A stretch of 64,000 nucleotides of DNA from positions 7,645 through 71,644 of the forward strand of contig JAGCGA010000019.1 in the NCBI GenBank assembly GCA_017649855.1. The letters are read 5' to 3'. This DNA comes from Bacteroidales bacterium (lineage in GTDB: Bacteria > Bacteroidota > Bacteroidia > Bacteroidales > WCHB1-69). The notes below the pieces were generated by a model. The model was not told where the DNA came from, did no database searches, and saw only the letters and a list, made by a program, of their open reading frames with translations. Shown here piece by piece: positions 36,901 through 46,144 of this stretch. The position numbers and the translations under genes were made by a program. How positions within the stretch are numbered: position 1 is the first letter of the stretch; each line of letters starts with the position of its first letter.

Positions 36901-38379
36901 TTAGTTGTTCACCACCACTTTCAGAGTGTGGCTGCGGGTTCCTTGCGTTGCCTTCAATAAATACAGGCCATTGCTCCAGCTGGCGGTGGGGATGGTCAGC
37001 TGTGTGTCGAAACACCAGGCCGCATACAATGGCTGTCCGGAAACGGAGAACACCTCCACCCAAACGGCTTCCCCACAGTTGTTGTGCACGGTCATATTTC
37101 CCGTACAGACAGGATTAGGGGTGATATATACCGCAAGCGGCTCTTCCAGCTCCGGAACGGAGAGGATGTCAGGATCTGTTTCCAGAATGGGCATATAGTT
37201 GACTCTCCCGTACATGGGATTGTCAGCATAATGGAAGATGACACTCTCCACTTGCAAAGAGTCATCGCAGCCCCAATAGTTGCCGATAGCATCCATATCG
37301 CTCGTGGCATTGTTGTACAGGGCGTATGTAACACCGTCATTCTCATTGTCAATCAGGCAGTTGTATCCTGGATCACTGGCGGTGCCCAGGTCTATGTAAT
37401 GTTGGTTGATGGCGGTGATGCCCCACAAGTTGCCGCTGATGTAATTGCGCCGGATCTTGGCGGCACAGGTGGTGTCACTGCCATAGATGCTGATGCCGCT
37501 TCCGCCATTCATGGGGTTGGTCTCCAAGTTGTTGTCGCGGAACTCGTTGCCTTCAATGATGGCGTAGATGTCAGATCCGTTCTGGGTATAACCATAACGG
37601 TTGTGGATGATGGTGTTGCCCCGGATGACGGCACAGGTCCGGCTCACATTCATCAGGTTGGCGATGGCGATGCCGCCCGACATGGCAACAGAGCCTTCTA
37701 TTAGGTTATCTTCAATTCTGATGGTGTCGCCTGCCACACCCGGACCCAAGTTGATCTGAGGCTGGTTGACATTATTCAACACATTGTGATAAAAGGTATT
37801 GTGCCGGATGATGGGAGCGCCGGTCACGTTGACGGCAGAGTTGATGGCAGCCTGTCGGTTGTCGTGGAAATAACAATGCTCGATCACGGGACTGGCATTT
37901 ATATATTTGATGCAAGGCTGCGAGAAATACCGGAATTCGCATTGGTCAAAAGAAACGTTCTGTTGCATAATCAGAATGTTGTTGCCATATTCAAAGAGGA
38001 TGTTGGAAAAGGAGCAGGGTTCAGAGCCCTCAAGACGGATGTCGTAGAAATCCCCAATACAAACGGTCGTGTTGCTGGTGATGGTGAGCAAATCAGTGCG
38101 CGGGGCGCAAACCACTGTACCATAGATGGTGATGATAAGGGTGTTGTTGCAGAAAATCTCCTGGGTGTTGGCGTCCAACAACAACGTGTCGCTTTCCGAA
38201 AGGGTAAGCGATTGCCTCAAGGTGTAATAGCCCGGTGATGAGATGCTGATGGCCTCCGGATACGCGGCCGAGAGGTCTTCGAAAGTATAGGCATTTCCCG
38301 TTCCGGGTGTCACCACTTGGGCATAACCTATTGAAAATAACAGACAGAAAAGAAGGGTTACAAAAGACTTCATCATCAT
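36901..38379 (-). CDS. Right-handed parallel beta-helix repeat protein with a T9SS C-terminal sorting domain
   Basis: 492 aa. It has a signal peptide and repeated ~22-aa units rich in N/G/I (IRGNTIIHN.., IEGNEFRDNN.., IRRNYISGN..). The C-terminus is VYITPNPV...GLYLLKATQGTRSHTLKVVVNN. Confidence 0.7.
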   Translation of the reverse strand: MMMKSFVTLLFCLLFSIGYAQVVTPGTGNAYTFEDLSAAYPEAISISSPGYYTLRQSLTLSESDTLLLDANTQEIFCNNTLIITIYGTVVCAPRTDLLTITSNTTVCIGDFYDIRLEGSEPCSFSNILFEYGNNILIMQQNVSFDQCEFRYFSQPCIKYINASPVIEHCYFHDNRQAAINSAVNVTGAPIIRHNTFYHNVLNNVNQPQINLGPGVAGDTIRIEDNLIEGSVAMSGGIAIANLMNVSRTCAVIRGNTIIHNRYGYTQNGSDIYAIIEGNEFRDNNLETNPMNGGSGISIYGSDTTCAAKIRRNYISGNLWGITAINQHYIDLGTASDPGYNCLIDNENDGVTYALYNNATSDMDAIGNYWGCDDSLQVESVIFHYADNPMYGRVNYMPILETDPDILSVPELEEPLAVYITPNPVCTGNMTVHNNCGEAVWVEVFSVSGQPLYAAWCFDTQLTIPTASWSNGLYLLKATQGTRSHTLKVVVNN

Positions 38380-38407
38380 AAAATAATTTTCTAACGTGTT
38401 GATACAT

Positions 38408-38441
38408 AAAAGAAAAGAGGAAGTCTTCCGAACATTCCTCT
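38408..38441 (-). terminator. Terminator downstream of tRNA-Leu
   Basis: On the reverse strand: AGAGGAA-N12-TTCCTCT followed by a T-rich tract. Confidence 0.6.
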
Positions 38442-38444
38442 TTT

Positions 38445-38531
38445 TGGTACCGAAGGCCGGGATCGAACCGGCACGAGTGTTACCTCATTGGTTTTTGAGA
38501 CCAACGCGTCTACCGATTCCGCCACTTCGGC
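38445..38531 (-). tRNA. tRNA-Leu (anticodon CAA), CCA encoded
   Basis: The reverse complement is GCCGAAGTGGCGGAATCGGTAGACGCGTTGGTCTCAAAAACCAATGAGGTAACACTCGTGCCGGTTCGATCCCGGCCTTCGGTACCA. It has a long variable arm, the anticodon loop CTCAAAA and the T loop GGTTCGATCC. Confidence 0.9.
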
Positions 38532-38541
38532 TTAGCGGGCG

Positions 38542-38549
38542 CAAAAATA
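38542..38549 (-). promoter_or_regulatory. -7 box TAttTTTG (reverse strand) upstream of tRNA-Leu
   Basis: The reverse complement reads GTGTATTTTTGCGCCCGC, 10 nt before the tRNA 5' end. It is nearly identical to the tRNA-Thr promoter. Confidence 0.6.
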
Positions 38550-38693
38550 CACTTTTTTTGATTTTCCCCAACAAAAAAATTATCACCTTCTTTCTTATAC
38601 AGAAGAGGTAAGAAAATCGCTTTATACGAAATAGGTTTTTCCTTCCGTTTATCCCAGTATATTTTTTAATTTTGCCGCCTATTAATCTGACGT

Positions 38694-38861
38694 ATGAAAA
38701 AAATGATTTGGCTTTTTGTCGTGCTGTTGCTGCTGGCCACCTCTTGTTCCCGCAAGATCGTGGGTTCGCAGCCTCATCGTCGCGACCGTAACTGCGGGTG
38801 TGAGATGCCCGCTTTCCATGCCCAGGATTCTCTATTGACGATGTCGGCTTATGCGGAGTAG
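38694..38861 (+). CDS. Candidate 55-aa lipoprotein
   Basis: Hand translation gives MKKMIWLFVVLLLLATSCSRKIVGSQPHRRDRNCGCEMPAFHAQDSLLTMSAYAE, a lipobox-type signal. A TAatTTTG box lies at 38667-38674. It is below the track cutoff. Confidence 0.3.
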   Translation: MKKMIWLFVVLLLLATSCSRKIVGSQPHRRDRNCGCEMPAFHAQDSLLTMSAYAE

Positions 38862-38877
38862 TCGGTTGTCACCATAT

Positions 38878-39615
38878 ATGATCCTTTTGGGGCTGGTCTT
38901 CTTGTCCTGTTTGCTGACCGCATGTCATGATTCCGGTCACGGAATCGTGATAGAGGGTGATTTGCAGGGTGGGGGTGATCAGATGATCCGACTTGCCCGT
39001 ATTGACAGTTATGAGACGGTTCCCTTGGACTCCATGCGGATGCGCAACGGTCATTTTGAATTTGTGTTGAAGGCTGCCACCGAGGAGGAGAAAACCCTCC
39101 TGGCGCAGTCCATGCTGTACCGACTGTCGCTGACGGAGGACAACGGTCTGACCACGATGGCCCGCCAGGGTGAAGACCTCCACCTCGTTGCCGAAGCGGC
39201 CAATATGATACAGACCTATCGTGTCACCGGAGGGCACGAGGCGATGCTCATTGCTTCGCTGGATAGTGCGCTCACCGTCTTCGTGCAGAAAACACAACCC
39301 TTGTGGAAGGAATATCAACAGAATATGGACGATGACGCCGTGCGCGAAAAGATAGAGACGCAATACAATGCGCTGGTGGAGCAGCACACGCTCTTCCTTC
39401 ACCGCTTTATCCAGGCACATCCCACGGATATGGCTTCCTATGTTGCTTTTTATCAGAGCTATAACAAAAGATCCTTCCTGAACGAAAGAGAGGATTTTGC
39501 CCTCTTGAAAAAGCTGACCGACAACTTGTCTGCCCAATATCCCGAACATCCGTACATGCTTCGAATGCAACAGAAAATAGATTTTTTACAAACTCAACAA
39601 TATGATACTGATTAA
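38878..39615 (+). CDS. Lipoprotein with a DUF4369-like N-terminal domain
   Basis: The start is chosen at MILLGLVFLSCLLTAC, which contains a lipobox. IEGDLQGGGDQMIRLARID...PLDSMRMRNGHFEF resembles the DUF4369 beta-sandwich found at the N-terminus of TlpA-like proteins, but no thioredoxin CxxC follows. Confidence 0.55.
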   Translation: MILLGLVFLSCLLTACHDSGHGIVIEGDLQGGGDQMIRLARIDSYETVPLDSMRMRNGHFEFVLKAATEEEKTLLAQSMLYRLSLTEDNGLTTMARQGEDLHLVAEAANMIQTYRVTGGHEAMLIASLDSALTVFVQKTQPLWKEYQQNMDDDAVREKIETQYNALVEQHTLFLHRFIQAHPTDMASYVAFYQSYNKRSFLNEREDFALLKKLTDNLSAQYPEHPYMLRMQQKIDFLQTQQYDTD

Positions 39616-40852
39616 CATAGGCGATGAATTATTGATCGGGCAGGTGGTGAATACCAATGCCGCTTTTATCGGACAACAGATGGCCTTGGCCGGCCTGGAG
39701 ATGGATGAGGTGCTGACCATCGGTGATGCGGAGGAAGCCATTCGGAACGCAATCGTTTCCTCTTTTGAGAAGACCGATGTGATCCTCATGACAGGTGGAC
39801 TTGGTCCTACCAAAGATGATATCACCAAGAAGGTGGTCTGCGACTATTACCATCGTGATTTGGTGATCGATGAAGCCACCTTGCAAGCCGTCACCCAGCG
39901 ATTCGCCGACCGTGGTATGGCCCTGACGGAGACCAACCGTCAACAGGCGGCCGTGCCCGAGGGGGCGGTGGTGCTTTCCAACAGTTTGGGCACCGCTCCC
40001 GGCCTTTGGATAGAGGAGGTGGGGAAAGTGCTGATTATGTTGCCGGGAGTGCCTTTCGAGATGGAGAAACTGATCAAAGAGGAGGTGTTGCCCCGTCTTC
40101 AGGCCCGCCGCACCGACCATCACGCCATCCAATATAGGGTGTTGCAATGCACCAACATCACGGAGAGCGGTCTCTCCGACCTGCTGGAAGATTATGAAAA
40201 GCAGCTGCCCGAGAACCTCTCGTTAGCCTATCTGCCCAAGCCGGGCATCATCCGCCTGCGCCTGACGGGCAGGGGAGAAGATGCCGCCCAGCTGCAACAG
40301 ACGCTCGAGGCCCAGTTCCAGCTGCTCAAGCAGGCGGTAGGCGAGTATGCTTTTGCCGATGAGGACAAGGAGATGGAGGAGATTGTGGGACAGCTATTGC
40401 TGAAACGTGGCTGTCGAATGGCCACGGCCGAGAGCTGCACGGGAGGCTATATTGCCCATCTCGTCACCTCGGTGCCGGGCAGTTCCCGTTATTTCCAAGG
40501 CTCTGTGGTCTCCTATAGCAATGAGGTCAAGCGGGAGATCCTGAATGTGCGTGAGGACAACCTGCGCAAGCGCGGTGCCGTCAGTGAGGAGGTGGTCAGC
40601 GACATGGCTCTCAACGTGATGGGATTGTTGGATGTGGACTATGCAGTGGCCACTTCGGGCATTGCCGGCCCTGATGGTGGCACGGAGGAGAAACCCGTGG
40701 GCACCGTGTGGGTGGCTGTGGCTACGCCTGTGCGTCTGGTTACCCATAAGTTCCAATTTGGCAAACGCATGGGCCGCCAGCAGATCATCGAACGTGCCGC
40801 CCGCGCCGCCCTCAACATGCTCCGCATAGAGATTGAAAAAGATATCCGATGA
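39602..40852 (+). CDS. cinA: CinA-family competence/damage-inducible protein (NMN deamidase)
   Basis: 416 aa with IGDELL.GQ..NTNA, TGGLGPT.DD and a C-terminal TAESCTGG. Confidence 0.9.
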   Translation: MILINIGDELLIGQVVNTNAAFIGQQMALAGLEMDEVLTIGDAEEAIRNAIVSSFEKTDVILMTGGLGPTKDDITKKVVCDYYHRDLVIDEATLQAVTQRFADRGMALTETNRQQAAVPEGAVVLSNSLGTAPGLWIEEVGKVLIMLPGVPFEMEKLIKEEVLPRLQARRTDHHAIQYRVLQCTNITESGLSDLLEDYEKQLPENLSLAYLPKPGIIRLRLTGRGEDAAQLQQTLEAQFQLLKQAVGEYAFADEDKEMEEIVGQLLLKRGCRMATAESCTGGYIAHLVTSVPGSSRYFQGSVVSYSNEVKREILNVREDNLRKRGAVSEEVVSDMALNVMGLLDVDYAVATSGIAGPDGGTEEKPVGTVWVAVATPVRLVTHKFQFGKRMGRQQIIERAARAALNMLRIEIEKDIR

Positions 40853-41748
40853 AACCGATCGTTGACCGATTCCGGCAATATCTGATCCTGGAACGCAACA
40901 AGTCCGCCAACAGCGTGGCAGCCTATGTCCATGATGTGGAGTTGTTGCTGGATTTCTTGGGCGACACGCCACCCGAGAAGGCCACAACCGACCAGTTGAA
41001 AGGCTTTCTGCAAGACCTCTACGACCGGGGGATGACCTCCCGTTCCCAGGCCCGCATCCTGTCGGGCATCAAGGCTTTTTACTTTTTTCTGGTCTATGAT
41101 GGCGTTATGAAAGACACCGAGAATCCTACCGAGCTCCTGGATGCGCCCAAGATCGGCTTGCACCTGCCCGATGTGCTGTCCATCGAGGAGATAGAGGCGA
41201 TCATCAACCAGATTGACATGAGCAAACCCGAAGGGCACCGGAACCGCGCCATGGTGGAGGTGATGTACGGCTGCGGTCTGCGTGTCAGCGAGTTGGTGAC
41301 GCTCAAGATCTCCAACCTTTACTTTGAGGAGGGCTTTATCAAGGTGCTGGGCAAAGGCGACAAGGAACGTTTTGTCCCGATAGGGGAGACGGCTCAAAAG
41401 CAGGTCAACCACTATCTCCAAGGGGCGCGCCTGCATTTGAAGATCCAAAAAGGGGAGGAGAACTATCTGTTCTTGAACCGGAGAGGGCATCACCTGACCC
41501 GTGAGATGGTCTTCATGTTGGTCAAGAAGTGGGCGAAGGAGGCCGGCATCACCAAGACCATCAGTCCGCACACCTTCCGCCACTCGTTTGCCACTCATCT
41601 GATAGAAGGGGGTGCCGACCTGCGGGCGGTGCAGCAGATGCTAGGACATGAAAGTATCACCACAACAGAGATTTACACACACTTAGACAACGACTATATC
41701 CGTAGCAACATAGCGTCGTTTCATCCCCGTTACCGGGTCCCTGATTGA
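40849..41748 (+). CDS. xerD: Tyrosine site-specific recombinase XerD-like
   Basis: 299 aa with R..GLRVSEL, HTFRHSFATHLIEGGADLRAVQQMLGHESITTTEIYTH. It has a 4-nt ATGA overlap with cinA. Confidence 0.88.
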   Translation: MKPIVDRFRQYLILERNKSANSVAAYVHDVELLLDFLGDTPPEKATTDQLKGFLQDLYDRGMTSRSQARILSGIKAFYFFLVYDGVMKDTENPTELLDAPKIGLHLPDVLSIEEIEAIINQIDMSKPEGHRNRAMVEVMYGCGLRVSELVTLKISNLYFEEGFIKVLGKGDKERFVPIGETAQKQVNHYLQGARLHLKIQKGEENYLFLNRRGHHLTREMVFMLVKKWAKEAGITKTISPHTFRHSFATHLIEGGADLRAVQQMLGHESITTTEIYTHLDNDYIRSNIASFHPRYRVPD

Positions 41749-41759
41749 ACAGGATGGTA

Positions 41760-42416
41760 TCAGTCTTTCTTTCCGTAGGCCAGGTCGCCGGCATCGCCGA
41801 GACCGGGCACGATGTAGGAGTGGGCGGTCAGCTCTTCATCAATAGCGCCGATCCACAGGGTGCAGTTGGTGGGGGAGCAATGACTCTGCAGATACTCGAT
41901 ACCTTGGCGGCTGGCGATGATGCTCACCAGGTGGGTGTGCACAGGTTCGCCCCGCGTCATCAGCTCTTCGTAGGCGAGCACCATGGATTGACCTGTGGCC
42001 AGCATCGGGTCGGCCAGGATGAGGGTCTTGTTGTCCAGGTCCGGGGAGGAGATATAGTCGATCTGAATTTCAAAGGTGCCGTCTTTCTCATATTTCCGGA
42101 AGGCTGAGATGAAGGCATTTTCCGCATGGTCGAAATAATTGAGCAAGCCTTGGTGCAAAGGGAGTCCCGCACGCAGGATGGTGGCCAGCACCGGCTTGTC
42201 AGCCAGGCGGGGCATCTCGGCAATGCCCAAGGGAGTGGTCACATCCTTCTTCTGATATTGCATGTGCTTGCTGATCTCGTAGGCAAAAATTTCACCCAGA
42301 CGCTCCAGGTTCCGACGGAAACGCATACTGTCCGTCTGCACATTTTCACTTCGAATCTCGGCGAGAAATTCATCAAAAAGGGTATTCCGGTTTCCTAATA
42401 CATTCAAATTATTCAT
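41760..42416 (-). CDS. upp: Uracil phosphoribosyltransferase
   Basis: 218 aa with the PRPP-binding LILADPMLATGQS and YIVPGLGDAGD. Confidence 0.95.
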   Translation of the reverse strand: MNNLNVLGNRNTLFDEFLAEIRSENVQTDSMRFRRNLERLGEIFAYEISKHMQYQKKDVTTPLGIAEMPRLADKPVLATILRAGLPLHQGLLNYFDHAENAFISAFRKYEKDGTFEIQIDYISSPDLDNKTLILADPMLATGQSMVLAYEELMTRGEPVHTHLVSIIASRQGIEYLQSHCSPTNCTLWIGAIDEELTAHSYIVPGLGDAGDLAYGKKD

Positions 42417-42477
42417 AATCGAGGTTGTTTATAAGCAATGTCCAAAATTGTACCCGCAAAAATAATAAAATCAGGCG

Positions 42478-43776
42478 TTATTCTGCTCCGAAGACTCTTT
42501 CAAAGATGGTCGGGACCTCTTTCATATAGTATTCGAGCGTGAAGCACTGAGCCAGCTCTTCGGGCGTGAAGTATTGCCGGATGGTCTCGTTTTGGAGCAG
42601 CAGCTCTTGGTAGTCGTGACCGTCGAACCAGGCCTTCATGGCGATAGGCTGCACGAGGTCATAGGCTTTCTCGCGGGCGAAGCCCTTGTTGATGAGGGCG
42701 GTCATGACGCGCTGGGCGAAGATCACCTTGTTGGTCATATAGATATGTTTCAGCATGTTCTCGGGGAAGACGACGAGGTTTTCGAGGATTCTGCCGAAGC
42801 GGTTGAGCATATAGTCGAGGAGGATGGTGGCGTCGGGGAGCATGATGCGCTCGGCGGAGGAGTGGGAGATGTCGCGCTCGTGCCAGAGGGGGATGTCCTC
42901 GTAGGCGCTGACCATGTAGCCACGGAGGATGCGGGCGCAGCCGCACATGTTCTCGCTCCCGATGGGGTTACGTTTGTGGGGCATGGCGGAGGAACCCTTC
43001 TGTCCTTTGCCGAAGGCCTCTTCCGCTTCGCGCAGCTCGGTGCGTTGCCAGTGGCGCACCTCCACGGCCATCTGCTCCATGGTGGAGCCGATGAGGGCCA
43101 GGGTGGCCATGTAGTGGGCGTGGCGGTCGCGCTGCAAGACCTGGGTGGAGATGTTGGCGGAGTGGATGTCCAGCTGTTCGCACACATAGTCTTGGACGAA
43201 AGGCGGCGTATTGGCGAAATTGCCCACGGCGCCGCTGATCTTGCCACACTCCACATCGGCGGCGGCGGCCTCAAAGCGGGCCATGTTGCGTTTCATCTCC
43301 TCGTACCAGAGGGCCCATTTCAGTCCCAGGGCGGTGATGTCGGCGTGCACGCCGTGCGTGCGCCCGATGCATGGAGTGTCTTTGAACTCGTAGGCGCGCT
43401 TCTTCAGAATCTCCATAAAGCGGTGGAGATCATCGCGTAGGATGTTGTTGGCCTGCAGCAGCAGGTAGCCGTTGGCGGTGTCCACCACATCGGTGGAGGT
43501 GAGCCCGTAGTGCACCCACTTGCGCTCCTCTCCCAACGACTCGCTGACGGCACGTGTGAAGGCCACGATGTCGTGGCGTGTCTCCTGCTCGATCTCATAG
43601 ATGCGCTCCACCTTGAAGGCGGCCTTGTCGCGCAGTTTCTGCACATCCTCGGCAGGGATGACGCCCAGCTTGCTCCAGGCGGCGGCAGCCTCTATTTCCA
43701 CTTTCAGATAAGCACCGAATTTGTTTTCCTCTGTCCAGACGGCGCTCATCTCCGGACGCGAATAACGTGGTATCAT
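42478..43776 (-). CDS. purB: Adenylosuccinate lyase
   Basis: The start is moved to [10 protein letters not shown], the canonical N-terminus. It carries the [10 protein letters not shown] signature. Confidence 0.95.
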   Translation of the reverse strand: MIPRYSRPEMSAVWTEENKFGAYLKVEIEAAAAWSKLGVIPAEDVQKLRDKAAFKVERIYEIEQETRHDIVAFTRAVSESLGEERKWVHYGLTSTDVVDTANGYLLLQANNILRDDLHRFMEILKKRAYEFKDTPCIGRTHGVHADITALGLKWALWYEEMKRNMARFEAAAADVECGKISGAVGNFANTPPFVQDYVCEQLDIHSANISTQVLQRDRHAHYMATLALIGSTMEQMAVEVRHWQRTELREAEEAFGKGQKGSSAMPHKRNPIGSENMCGCARILRGYMVSAYEDIPLWHERDISHSSAERIMLPDATILLDYMLNRFGRILENLVVFPENMLKHIYMTNKVIFAQRVMTALINKGFAREKAYDLVQPIAMKAWFDGHDYQELLLQNETIRQYFTPEELAQCFTLEYYMKEVPTIFERVFGAE

Positions 43777-43816
43777 AGCTTTCGTTTTTGTAGAGTGCAA
43801 AAGTAAAAAAAATAAT

Positions 43817-43824
43817 TATTTTTG
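43817..43824 (+). promoter_or_regulatory. -7 box TAttTTTG reading into the toxin/immunity array
   Basis: TATTTTTG lies about 110 nt upstream of the first open frame of the array. It is divergent from a TActTTTG box for purB at 43798-43805 on the reverse strand. Confidence 0.45.
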
Positions 43825-43931
43825 CTTTTTCAAAAAGAAGAAATCAAAGACATCATAAATGTAATGAGAAAAATAATCTTTTGGATGGCTATTTATAAAC
43901 ATTAGGGGAGGAAGGAACTAAGTATTGGTAG

Positions 43932-44168
43932 ATAAGTAGAAACTTAGGAATAGGGCTGGCCGCTTTGTCTGCTGGAGTAGAGGGGGCAAATTACATCTCA
44001 TACCTCAAGCAATATGGCTATGACTGGAATGTAACTGCAAAAGTCGGGTTGGATTTAATCATGTCTGCCGTAGGCTTTGTTGGTCCTGTCGGCTTGGCAA
44101 TCTCGTCAACATACTTTGTTGTGGATCTTGCAACAGATAGCTTTGGAGGATTTGGTAAAATGTATTAA
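43932..44168 (+). pseudogene. Headless 3' fragment of a polymorphic-toxin C-terminal domain (Gly-rich, hydrophobic)
   Basis: The frame is open from the stop at 43929-43931 with no ATG; the track uses TTG at 43965. It encodes ...GIGLAALSAGVEGANY...LIMSAVGFVGPVGLAISSTYFVVDLATDSFGGFGKMY. It is followed 2 nt later by a multi-TM ORF, the arrangement expected for a toxin remnant plus immunity gene. Confidence 0.45.
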
Positions 44169-44170
44169 AT

Positions 44171-44641
44171 ATGAAAGAAATCAACACTAAAAGAAACAGA
44201 TATATTTTTACGCTCTTTTCGCGAATCTATTTTTGGGTAGAATCGTATGATGTGTTCAATTATTCTGTCCCGCCAATAACATCCCTATTTTATATTTTTC
44301 AATTTATCGGTTGTTTATTTCCATTGTTTCTGCGCATATTTGGCTATTTTTCTAATTATAACTTTGCTTATATGTCTGAAATAGGAGGAAATAAAATGAT
44401 ATTGTATTTTTACTTAACAATACTTCTTATAACTACTATTATGACAATAGTTTTGCAAGCGAATGATGGGAAGAATTATAAAAAAATGGAAGTTTATGCA
44501 GGAAAAGATTTTCTTCAACATTTGGATGAAAAAGGAGAAAAAAGGCCCTTTCTGTTATACGTTTTCGTTTTTGTCAATTTGCTCTTCACACCAATTTTTA
44601 TAAGTGTATTTAGCATTCTATCTTTATGTTCATATCGGTGA
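44171..44641 (+). CDS. Multi-pass membrane protein; candidate immunity protein
   Basis: 156 aa, 4 hydrophobic segments, very AT-rich codons, located immediately after the toxin remnant. Confidence 0.5.
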   Translation: MKEINTKRNRYIFTLFSRIYFWVESYDVFNYSVPPITSLFYIFQFIGCLFPLFLRIFGYFSNYNFAYMSEIGGNKMILYFYLTILLITTIMTIVLQANDGKNYKKMEVYAGKDFLQHLDEKGEKRPFLLYVFVFVNLLFTPIFISVFSILSLCSYR

Positions 44642-44674
44642 AACTACAGGAAGTTTTTATCTATAATAGAAATT

Positions 44675-44848
44675 CACATGACACACAGCAGTAACTTTAC
44701 AAATAGTATCTTAACCTATCCATACCCGGTCATCGCCCGCTTCTTCTCGCCCGACAACTACGTGCAGGCGCCGGGGAGCACGCAGGGCTATAACCGCTAC
44801 TCCTACTGCCTGAACAACCCGTTGCGTTGGGTGGACCCGAGCGGGGAG
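44675..44848 (+). repeat. Rhs core-end ('tip') repeat, copy A, full length
   Basis: A GC-rich block encoding HMTHSSNFTNSILTYPYPVIARFFSPDNYVQAPGSTQGYNRYSYCLNNPLRWVDPSGE. Positions 44675-44784 match 47809-47918 with about 4 mismatches in 110 nt. Positions 44750-44848 match 46577-46675 at roughly 80% by eye. Confidence 0.85.
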
Positions 44849-45535
44849 TTTCTTTGGGAACCGGATAAGCAAGCATTGATTGAAGGTCGAGGCGTTAGAT
44901 TCATTGCACAAGAAGGGGATGATTTATATACCTTCAGTATTCAGTCAGGGCTTGATTATGGTTATTTAAAATCCCTCTATGGGGATATGGTTTTCGAAGC
45001 AGGACATTCTTATTCTTTTGATGAGATTCCCGTCATTGCAAAGATGAATGAGTTTTTACATAATGGGATGAATTGCGAAAACTATAATTGTAGATCATTT
45101 GCTTTGTTTGTCAATGGGATTGTTAATGATAATTTTGATTATGACCCTACTGTTATCTCCGAACAATTACAAAATGTGAGTTCTGTTTCACATTCCACAA
45201 TAGGTGATGTTATTTCATTAGCCGAAACATACGAATATTTCTACAAACAATATTGGACTCATTATGACAACCCATATTGGTATTCCGAGAAGGAATTTTA
45301 TGCATTTTATGTAAGCGGTTATTCAACAAGAATAACACATTATAGTGTTGTCCTGTTGAAAAGTCCAGACGGCAATGACATTTCATGGATTATAGAGAAA
45401 CGAGGGAAATTTCCCGTTAACATATCTACCTTTCCGAGTTTGCAAAAAGAAGATTCCGAAGGACATTATTATCAACCTTATAACCCTACCCCAATCCAAG
45501 CCAATCATTCAACTTTTTTATATCGACATCATTAA
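44678..45535 (+). CDS. Orphan Rhs-type polymorphic toxin cassette: Rhs core end plus a C-terminal domain with a LysM-like segment and a candidate Cys/His papain-fold dyad
   Basis: 285 aa. The N-terminal 57 aa are the conserved Rhs/YD core terminus ending DPSGE. Downstream, IAQEGDDLYTFSIQSGLDYGYLKSLYG is weakly LysM-like, YNCRSFALF is a candidate nucleophile and ITHYSVVLL a candidate His. Confidence 0.7.
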   Translation: MTHSSNFTNSILTYPYPVIARFFSPDNYVQAPGSTQGYNRYSYCLNNPLRWVDPSGEFLWEPDKQALIEGRGVRFIAQEGDDLYTFSIQSGLDYGYLKSLYGDMVFEAGHSYSFDEIPVIAKMNEFLHNGMNCENYNCRSFALFVNGIVNDNFDYDPTVISEQLQNVSSVSHSTIGDVISLAETYEYFYKQYWTHYDNPYWYSEKEFYAFYVSGYSTRITHYSVVLLKSPDGNDISWIIEKRGKFPVNISTFPSLQKEDSEGHYYQPYNPTPIQANHSTFLYRHH

Positions 45536-45550
45536 AGCCATAATTCTGTC

Positions 45551-46072
45551 ATGAATAGAATAATCCTTCTCTACCTATCACTGCTGTCAACGTTATGTTA
45601 CGCACAACAGCCCTCACACAACGACTCCATCTCTGTGGTCAGAACCGTTCATGAGCTAATTAATTCAGATTCTAAAAATGTGATGCTCAGAACGAACGAT
45701 ATTTGTTTCCAGTTTGTATATCTGCATTTGGACACCTCCGACTATCAGACTCGGATTTTATTAGATTCTATTGCCGGTTTTTTGTTGTCAAATGACGATG
45801 TTGAAGCCGTTGAGGTTGACATTCACCTATCCCTTGCTGAATGGGATGAATCCTATTCCGCAAGCTTGCTTTTGTACATGTACGAGGAAATCATATCCTA
45901 TTTAGGAAATTGCGGGGTGGACACAACGTATGTGACCGGAAAGCAATGCTATAATTATTTCCCTATAGTCAATTGCAATGAATTGTCAGGGGAGGAAAGA
46001 AGAAATTGCTTTGTCAATGATGATCCCAAAGTGAATCATCGTGTTGAATTTGTGATAAAAAGGATGAAATGA
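45551..46072 (+). CDS. Secreted OmpA_C-like protein; candidate periplasmic immunity protein
   Basis: 173 aa. Signal peptide MNRIILLYLSLLSTLCYAQQ. The C-terminus ...NHRVEFVIKRMK resembles the NRRVE(I/F) end of OmpA-like peptidoglycan-binding domains. Confidence 0.5.
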   Translation: MNRIILLYLSLLSTLCYAQQPSHNDSISVVRTVHELINSDSKNVMLRTNDICFQFVYLHLDTSDYQTRILLDSIAGFLLSNDDVEAVEVDIHLSLAEWDESYSASLLLYMYEEIISYLGNCGVDTTYVTGKQCYNYFPIVNCNELSGEERRNCFVNDDPKVNHRVEFVIKRMK

Positions 46073-46144
46073 TGAAGCAAGGTTATATTCCTATAGGTTT
46101 TCCTGGTTTTCCATTCCAATAACACCAATAACAATTGTGTATAT

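Noticed and set aside
40849-41748. XerD-like recombinase as the integrase of a recombinase-associated immunity/toxin array (rAID-like) linked to the 43.8-47.9 kb cassettes.
   Set aside because: It is translationally coupled to cinA, a housekeeping context. Two opposite-strand core genes (upp and purB) separate it from the array, and no repeated attC-like sites flank the cassettes. A connection cannot be supported from this window.
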